64,000 nt of DNA, taken from contig CAWGYD010000008.1 of assembly GCA_963826785.1 (NCBI GenBank), forward strand, positions 449,971 to 513,970, written 5' to 3'. This DNA comes from an uncultured delta proteobacterium. Its GTDB lineage: Bacteria; Desulfobacterota; Desulfobacteria; Desulfobacterales; Desulfosalsimonadaceae. Below are positions 57,879 through 64,000 of the stretch, in pieces. Numbering within the stretch: the first letter of the stretch is position 1; each line of letters starts with the position of its first letter. The notes below the pieces were generated by a model. It did no database searches and had not been told where the DNA came from. It worked only from the letters and a program-made list of their open reading frames with translations. A program made the position numbers and the translations under genes.

Positions 57879-58496
57879 TTATGTGTTGTGCGTTTCCCGG
57901 GCGGCGCCGATGCCGTTGAAATAAAAATCGACCAGGGGTTCGGCCATCGGGACCAGGTCATACTTTCCGCCTGTCACCACCCAGGTATTGATCACCTCGT
58001 TGACCGCCCCGAGGATAAACCGCCGGGCCAGTCCGGATTGGAAATTTGTCCTGAACGTACCCTCCCGCTGCCCCTGGGCGATGATCTCATCCAGTATATC
58101 CAGGTACATCTTGGTGATCTCCTTGATATACTTGTCGTCGATGGACCGGGCCTGGAAGGCTTCGCGCTGGAAAACCACCGCCATATTCCGGTCCCGCTGA
58201 AATTCGGTGAGATGGCGGCGGATCAGGTTTCTCAGCTTTCCTTCCGCATCTGCGGCCTCATCCACTTCCTCCCGGAAACGGTCAAATACCTGGCGGGTCT
58301 TGTAGCTGAAAAAATTGATCAGGATGTCGGCTTTATTTTTGAAGTAGAGGTAGATGGTGCCGTCGGCGACCCCGGCTTCTCGGGCCACCTGGGAGATAGT
58401 GGCCTTGTAGTATCCCTGTTCAGCAAAGACCTTTATCGCCGCCTCGAGAATCTGGTGATATTTCCCGTTGCTGTTCCGGCTTGTTTTTTCCTGCAT
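57879..58496 (-). CDS. TetR-family fatty-acid regulator (FadR/YsiA-like)
   Basis: ILEAAIKVFAEQGY..VAREAGVADGTIYLYFKNK; directly upstream of acyl-CoA dehydrogenase and ETF genes. Confidence 0.88.
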   Translation of the reverse strand: MQEKTSRNSNGKYHQILEAAIKVFAEQGYYKATISQVAREAGVADGTIYLYFKNKADILINFFSYKTRQVFDRFREEVDEAADAEGKLRNLIRRHLTEFQRDRNMAVVFQREAFQARSIDDKYIKEITKMYLDILDEIIAQGQREGTFRTNFQSGLARRFILGAVNEVINTWVVTGGKYDLVPMAEPLVDFYFNGIGAARETHNT

Positions 58497-58526
58497 ATGC
58501 AACCTTTGCCTGCGCCGTAGTTGAAA

Positions 58527-58574
58527 TGAACGAACATTCACTGAATTGACATTCACTGAATGAATACTCATTCA
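58527..58574. promoter_or_regulatory. Tandem FadR-type operator array
   Basis: TGAACGAACATTCA, TGAATTGACATTCA, TGAATGAATACTCATTCA at 15-bp period. Confidence 0.75.
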
Positions 58575-58731
58575 TTAACAGGCAAATTTTAAATGTCAAG
58601 AGGAAATCAATTCTGACATGCTGATATTAGGCAAGAGGGTCTTCGGTTACCATGTACCCGTTGGCCGCGACGGGATTAAACGGATTTTTCAAGATTGATG
58701 GATCGTAAAGCGTATTTTATCCCGGGAAAAA

Positions 58732-58773
58732 CAGGGGGACTGATTCCCCTGGAGGGGGGATGAAGGAGGCTGT
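58732..58773. repeat. Degenerate copy of the REP-like element at 1312-1419
   Basis: GGGGGACTGATTCCCCTGGAGGGGGGATGAAGGAGGCTGT. Confidence 0.5.
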
Positions 58774-58782
58774 ACCGGCGAC

Positions 58783-58815
58783 AGGGGCCCGGTAAAACAC
58801 TGCTGCCGGGCCCCT
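58783..58815 (-). terminator. Hairpin downstream of efp
   Basis: AGGGGCCCGG-13nt-CCGGGCCCCT. Confidence 0.5.
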
Positions 58816-58840
58816 TGGAAAACTGCTTTTGGAAACGGGG

Positions 58841-59404
58841 TTATCCTTTGACCCGTTCCACGTACTGCCCGGATCGGGTGTCGATACGGATTTTTTCGCC
58901 TTCTTCAATGAAAGGCGGGACCTGAACGGTATATCCGGTCTCCAGGGTGGCGGGTTTGGAACTTCCCGAGGCCGTATCTCCCTTTACCCAGGGGTCGGCC
59001 TTGACGATTTTGAGCTCAACGAAATTGGGCAAAGACACCCCGATGGGGCGCTCCTTGAACAGCAGGACGCTGCACACCGTATTTTCTTTTAAATACTTGA
59101 TATCCTCACCAATCTGCTCCTGGGTCAGAAATTCCTGCTCATAGGTGCTGGTGTTCATGAAGCAGTACCGGTCGCCTTCCGCATAGAGATATTCCATCAC
59201 CTGCTCCTCCAGACTGGCCTGCTCAATTTTTTCACCGGATCGGTAGGTCTTGTCAAACTGCGCCCCGGTGACCATATTTTTGAGTTTGCATTTATACAGG
59301 GCCTGCCCCTTGCCGGGTTTGACAAACTGAAAATCGACAATCACATACGGGTCCCCGTCAATCTCGATTTTCAACCCCTTCCTCAGATCTCCGCTTTCAT
59401 ACAT
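58841..59404 (-). CDS. efp: Translation elongation factor P
   Basis: VKPGKGQA, KPATLETG, VPPFI, IDTRSGQYVERV. Confidence 0.97.
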   Translation of the reverse strand: MYESGDLRKGLKIEIDGDPYVIVDFQFVKPGKGQALYKCKLKNMVTGAQFDKTYRSGEKIEQASLEEQVMEYLYAEGDRYCFMNTSTYEQEFLTQEQIGEDIKYLKENTVCSVLLFKERPIGVSLPNFVELKIVKADPWVKGDTASGSSKPATLETGYTVQVPPFIEEGEKIRIDTRSGQYVERVKG

Positions 59405-59569
59405 GGGTATATGCTCCTTATCTATATTTTTATCTGGTGATCGCGCTTAACCGGACAAAGACTTTCACATCGAACAAAACAGTTGTTCCTTTGCCGCTAT
59501 GCAGCGCTCGCATCTATTTGATTCATCCCCGGGTTCCAACGTTTGTGACCGCCCGGCGAAAAAACAGCT

Positions 59570-60344
59570 TCATCGGTGAAGCTCGGCAGCCGCCCGGCGT
59601 GCTTCGGCCACAAACTTTTCCACCCGCTCCGGGTCCTTTTTAAAACGGATGGATTTTCCCGTTTTGTCAACGGCATTGGTCTGCGTGCAGCTGTCCACTC
59701 CGGCCGGCCGGACCCGCAGGATCGCATCATATACGTTTTCCGGGGACAGCCCGCCGGCAAGGATCACCGGTATGCCGCTCTTGGCAACGACCTGCGCTGC
59801 GGTCTGCCAGTCGCAGGTTTGACCGGTGATTCCCACAAACCCCTGAACCGGCTGGTCCGCTTCGCAGTTTTGCCCAACAATATAGGTATCGATGAGGAAA
59901 TAATCACTAACCGGTTCAAACCAGGTCATCAGTTCAAAAACCGGGAAATCATGCGCCGCCCGGTCGGGAACGGGAATGGAACGCATGATTTGGATACCGG
60001 GAAAGCAGCGTTTGACTTCGGCCTGCATATGAACCAGATCCATGCAGCGATTTTTTAAGTCCCCCTCGCCTCCCGGCCCGAATGATCGCCTCGCAGAAAT
60101 GCACCATGTCCGGAGAGTAATATTCCAGCGATTTCAGCACGGCGCCGGTTTCATGGTACAGAAGGATCAGGCTGCTTTTTGCGCCGGCCCGGGCTGCCGC
60201 ATCGATGGCATTTTTGATTTCGGTCTGCCGCCAGTCCTCTTGTGAGACAACCACGCTGCCGATATGGTCGACGCCCCGGGCTGCCATCGCGGCGGCCTCG
60301 CCGGCGGTCTGAATTTCATAAATCTGGATAATCATCTCATCCAT
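59570..60344 (-). CDS. TrpF-like phosphoribosylanthranilate isomerase; frameshift near 60055-60085
   Basis: IIQIYEIQ..GVDHIG in one frame; FLIDT, GITGQTCDW, ILAGGLSPENV, GVDSCT, KDPERV in the other. Confidence 0.75.
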
Positions 60345-60354
60345 CCGGTCTGAA

Positions 60355-60876
60355 ATTTTATTCCATTTCGCATTCAAGCGCTTCCTTCCGTTGGTGTGCG
60401 TCGTCGGCGCCTTCTGAATCATCTTGAATGCAAAATGGAATTATAATCGTCTGCGCATGCCGCAAAATTTTCATTTCCGTGCGGCAGATGATGCAGATGT
60501 GCATTATTTAGCTGAATCGTCAAGTAAATAAATGGGTTGACTTTTGATGCCTGCTTTACCATATTCATTGTGTTTTATCAATTGAATTTACAAGAGTGCG
60601 CATGGAAGACCTCAATACCTGGATTTTCCCGGCCCCGGCAAGATCCATCGCGTCTTTTTTCCCGATCTGATTAATTCTGGCCTGAGATATTGATTTGATA
60701 ATAATTGACGATATTTCACAGGCGGGTTATGCGTCGATTCACGGACGGGATTAAATCGATGGGATTTGAAGTTTGCAGCGAAATGATACCCGGACCGACC
60801 GGAATGAGGCGGCGAATACCTGCGGGACATGAAAACACCGCAAAGGGTGGCGCTTGAATGCGAAATGGGATAAAAT
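60355..60876. repeat. 27-bp inverted repeats (26/27 identical) plus an internal 18-bp copy
   Basis: 60355-60381 ATTTTATTCCATTTCGCATTCAAGCGC; 60850-60876 GCGCTTGAATGCGAAATGGGATAAAAT; 60423-60440 CTTGAATGCAAAATGGAA. Confidence 0.8.
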
Positions 60877-60914
60877 GTTGATAATAATGTATGCAGCCAT
60901 ATGAATGAGGGGCC

Positions 60915-62444
60915 ATGATTGTCGTTATTGATTTTGGATCGCAGTACAACCAGCTGATCGCCAGACGGGTTCGTGAAAACAAGGTCTATTGCCAGATCGA
61001 GCCGCCGGATATCGGCGTGGATGCCATCAAGACCCTGAATCCTGAGGGCATCATTCTGTCCGGGGGGCCGTCGAGCATTTATGAAAAGAACAGCCCCAGG
61101 CTCAATACCGACATTTTGCATCTTGATATTCCCGTGCTGGGGATCTGCTATGGCATGCAGTACATGGTGGATGCAATGGGCGGCGAGGTGAAAAAATCAA
61201 GCAAGCGGGAATACGGATTTGCCGAACTGACCATTACAGACCATAGCGGCATTTTCGCCGAAATCGATCAAAGCGCCTCCTGCTGGATGAGCCACGGAGA
61301 TTCCATCGCCGCGCTGCCGGAAAACTTTGCCGTCACCGCATCCACACCCAATACGCCGTTTGCCGCCATCGCAAACCCGGTAAAAAAAATGTACGGCCTG
61401 CAGTTTCACCCGGAGGTGGAACATACGCCCAAGGGAAAGCAGATCCTGAAAAGCTTCATCTTTGACGTCTGCGGCTGCAAGCCGGACTGGACCATGAAGG
61501 CTTTTGCCCGGGAATCCATCGAACAGGTCCGGGCCGCGGTGGGGGATAAAAAAGTCATCCTGGGCTTGAGCGGCGGGGTGGATTCATCCGTAACGGCCAT
61601 GCTGATCCACAAAGCGGTGGGCAAACACCTGACCTGCATCTTTGTCGACAACGGCCTGCTGCGCTTAAATGAAGCGGCAAAGCTAAAAGTCATTTTAAAA
61701 GAGCACCTGCACATCAATATCCGGTTCGTCAATGCCTCCCGGCTGTTCCTGTCCGCCCTCAAAGGGGTGACCGACCCGGAAAAAAAGCGCAAGATCATCG
61801 GCAAAATCTTCATGGATGTGTTTGAAGCCGAAGCCAAGAAGATCAAGGACGCGGATTTTCTGGCCCAGGGGACCCTGTATCCGGACATCATCGAGTCCCA
61901 ATCCGCTTTCGGCGGCCCCACTTCCATCATCAAGTCCCACCACAATGTGGGCGGACTCCCCAAAAAAATGAAGCTTAAGCTGGTGGAACCCTTAAAATTT
62001 CTCTTCAAGGATGAAGTGCGCAAACTGGGAAAGGAACTGGGACTTCCGGAAGAACTGGTCTGGCGGCAGCCCTTTCCCGGGCCGGGCCTGGCCATCCGCA
62101 TCATCGGCGAGATCACCCCGAAGCGGCTGTCGGTGCTCAGAAAAGTGGATGCCATCCTGATCGAGGAAATCCGGGGGGCCGGATATTACAAAAAGCTGTG
62201 GCAGTCCTTTGCCGTGCTCCTGCCCATCAAGAGCGTCGGCGTCATGGGGGACAAGCGCACCTATGAGAACATCGTGGCCCTTCGGGCGGTCACCAGCAGG
62301 GATGCCATGACCGCCGACTGGGCCCGGCTACCCCATGACCTGCTGGGGCGTATTTCCAACCGGATCATCAACGAAGTCAACGGCGTAAACCGGGTGGCCT
62401 ACGATATCAGCTCCAAGCCGCCCAGCACCATCGAATGGGAATAG
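60915..62444 (+). CDS. guaA: GMP synthase (glutamine-hydrolysing)
   Basis: DFGSQY, GICYGMQ, QFHPEV, SGGVDS, KSHHNVGG, PFPGPGL, SKPPSTIEWE. Confidence 0.98.
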   Translation: MIVVIDFGSQYNQLIARRVRENKVYCQIEPPDIGVDAIKTLNPEGIILSGGPSSIYEKNSPRLNTDILHLDIPVLGICYGMQYMVDAMGGEVKKSSKREYGFAELTITDHSGIFAEIDQSASCWMSHGDSIAALPENFAVTASTPNTPFAAIANPVKKMYGLQFHPEVEHTPKGKQILKSFIFDVCGCKPDWTMKAFARESIEQVRAAVGDKKVILGLSGGVDSSVTAMLIHKAVGKHLTCIFVDNGLLRLNEAAKLKVILKEHLHINIRFVNASRLFLSALKGVTDPEKKRKIIGKIFMDVFEAEAKKIKDADFLAQGTLYPDIIESQSAFGGPTSIIKSHHNVGGLPKKMKLKLVEPLKFLFKDEVRKLGKELGLPEELVWRQPFPGPGLAIRIIGEITPKRLSVLRKVDAILIEEIRGAGYYKKLWQSFAVLLPIKSVGVMGDKRTYENIVALRAVTSRDAMTADWARLPHDLLGRISNRIINEVNGVNRVAYDISSKPPSTIEWE

Positions 62445-62450
62445 TTATTT

Positions 62451-63257
62451 ATGGAAGAAGAACGCAAGGGGTTTAAATTCAATCTGGATGCGCCCCTTTC
62501 CGCCGATGAGAAAAACGGGGCCAAACCGGCCGGCAGATCCAATACCGGCGCCCTGGTGCTGCTGCTGATCGGTTTTGTTATCGTCGGCACCCTGACCGTG
62601 TGGATGTACTATCATTTTCATGAACGGCTGGATGCCGTCAATTCCATGGGATCGGCGGAAATTGCCAATATCTCCGGGCAGCTCAACCGGGAAATGTCCG
62701 AAGTATCCGGACAAATGAACGATCAGTATAAGCTGCTGCAAAAACAGACGGAAAATCTTGAAGGCGGGATCAAACAGCTGTCCCAGTCCGTTGCCGCCAT
62801 TGATAAGTCCAAACCGGATAAAAAAGAGCTGGAAACCGCCCTTGCCAGGATCCAATCCCTGTCCAGCGATATTTCGAAGCAGTTTGACGAACTCAAACGG
62901 CAAAGCCAGACCCTTTCCAGCACGGTTGCCACCCTGGCCGACCAGATGCAGAATGACCATGGGGATATCGGGAAAAATGCGGCGGGCATTGAAAAAATTA
63001 CCGGAAACTATGTGAATAAAGAAACGCTGGAGACGACGCTGGCAAAAGAACGCGAGTTTTACTCGAAGAACATGGCCCACGCCACCGAAGCCCTTTTTAA
63101 TGAAATTGCCATGTTCAACGAAACCATCAACAAGCTGAGCGATCGTGTCAACGCACTGGAGCCGCCCAAACCCTTGCCGAACGTCGTGCGTCAACCCGCC
63201 CCCGCCCTGCCCGACCCCAAACCGGGAAAAATCGTGGAGCAGGAAATCGTCAAATGA
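62451..63257 (+). CDS. Membrane-anchored coiled-coil hypothetical protein
   Basis: Single TM near the N-terminus, long heptad region, Pro-rich tail. Confidence 0.75.
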   Translation: MEEERKGFKFNLDAPLSADEKNGAKPAGRSNTGALVLLLIGFVIVGTLTVWMYYHFHERLDAVNSMGSAEIANISGQLNREMSEVSGQMNDQYKLLQKQTENLEGGIKQLSQSVAAIDKSKPDKKELETALARIQSLSSDISKQFDELKRQSQTLSSTVATLADQMQNDHGDIGKNAAGIEKITGNYVNKETLETTLAKEREFYSKNMAHATEALFNEIAMFNETINKLSDRVNALEPPKPLPNVVRQPAPALPDPKPGKIVEQEIVK

Positions 63258-63271
63258 AACAAGATTCGTAA

Positions 63272-64000
63272 ATGAACCCAGAAACATTGAAAACACTGCT
63301 CGCCCAGGTTGCCGCGGGCACCGTCTCCGTTGATTGCGCCTTCAATTCTCTCAAGCAGTTTGAAACCGAGGACATCGGGTATGCCCATATCGATCACCAC
63401 CGGTCCCTGCGCAAAGGATTTCCCGAGGTGATTTACGGTGAGAACAAAACCGCCGAGCAGATCACGGGCATCATGGAAAAAATGGCCGTTCGGGAAAACA
63501 TCATCCTGGTCACCCGGGTCGATGCGATAAAAGCGGCCGCCGTGCTGAGCCTTTTTTCCGACGCAAAATACCATCCCGCATCCCGCTTGATCGAATTTAA
63601 AAAAGGAGATATCCCCTTATCCGGCAAAGGGACCATCCTGGTGATTTCCGCCGGCACATCGGACATCCCGGTGGCCGAAGAGGCCGCCCTGACCGCAAAG
63701 GCCATGGGAAACCAGGTGGAAACCATCTTTGATGTGGGCGTGGCCGGCATCCACCGGCTGTTCGAGCACCGAAACCGCATCGAATCCGCAACCGTTTTAA
63801 TCGTGGTGGCAGGCATGGAAGGGGCCCTGCCCTCCGTAGTGGCCGGCCTGGTGGACCGCCCCGTCATCGGCGTCCCCACCTCTGTGGGCTACGGCACCAG
63901 CTTCAACGGCCTGACCGCGCTTTTCTCCATGCTCAACTCCTGCAGCTCCAATGTGGCCGTGGTGAACATCGACAACGGCTTCGGGGCAGGGTATATGGCG
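63272..64000 (+). CDS. larB: Nickel pincer cofactor biosynthesis protein LarB (truncated by the window edge)
   Basis: Translated by hand: IDHHRSLRKGFPEVIYGENK, SAGTSDIPVAEEA, DVGVAGIHRL, AGMEGALPSVV, VNIDNGFGAG. Confidence 0.92.
   Translation, partial: MNPETLKTLLAQVAAGTVSVDCAFNSLKQFETEDIGYAHIDHHRSLRKGFPEVIYGENKTAEQITGIMEKMAVRENIILVTRVDAIKAAAVLSLFSDAKYHPASRLIEFKKGDIPLSGKGTILVISAGTSDIPVAEEAALTAKAMGNQVETIFDVGVAGIHRLFEHRNRIESATVLIVVAGMEGALPSVVAGLVDRPVIGVPTSVGYGTSFNGLTALFSMLNSCSSNVAVVNIDNGFGAGYMA

Noticed and set aside
58527..58574. CRISPR-like or coding repeat (ORF track N-terminus MSIHSVNVNSVNV)
   Set aside because: These 15-bp palindromic units are better explained as operators; the real TetR start is probably 58496.
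60570..60914. Purine, ZTP, PRPP or c-di-GMP riboswitch in the long guaA leader
   Set aside because: I could not match the conserved cores by eye; an Infernal search would be needed.
62400..63257. Genomic island integrated at the guaA 3' end
   Set aside because: guaA is followed after 6 bp by an ordinary gene and larB; there is no integrase or direct repeat.

Overview
Gene-dense, GC-rich bacterial chromosome segment with about 55 CDS. I found no rRNA, tRNA, CRISPR array, transposase or prophage. The gene content (ETF with a membrane Fe-S oxidoreductase, sigma54 activator, DUF4388 protein, hypAB, larB) fits an anaerobic Desulfobacterota-like organism; this is inference, not a database result. 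The most interesting locus (5402-9970) is an operon of inositol-3-phosphate synthase, an IolE-type TIM-barrel enzyme, ubiG and ubiE, facing a divergent UbiA prenyltransferase. It could build a prenylated, O- and C-methylated ring from a cyclitol, possibly a ubiquinone-like quinone, with no ring hydroxylase. Other notable items: an unnamed ~90-aa domain shared by two otherwise unrelated proteins; a dedicated GrpE/Hsp70/membrane J-like-DUF1566 triad; a peptidoglycan module with sigma54 promoters and candidate activator sites; a ChpT-like pseudokinase in a SulP phosphorelay; FadR-type operator arrays; 27-bp inverted repeats bracketing the trpF-guaA intergenic region; and four single-base frameshifts that are probably assembly errors. 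All product calls rest on motifs recognised by eye; no searches were run.
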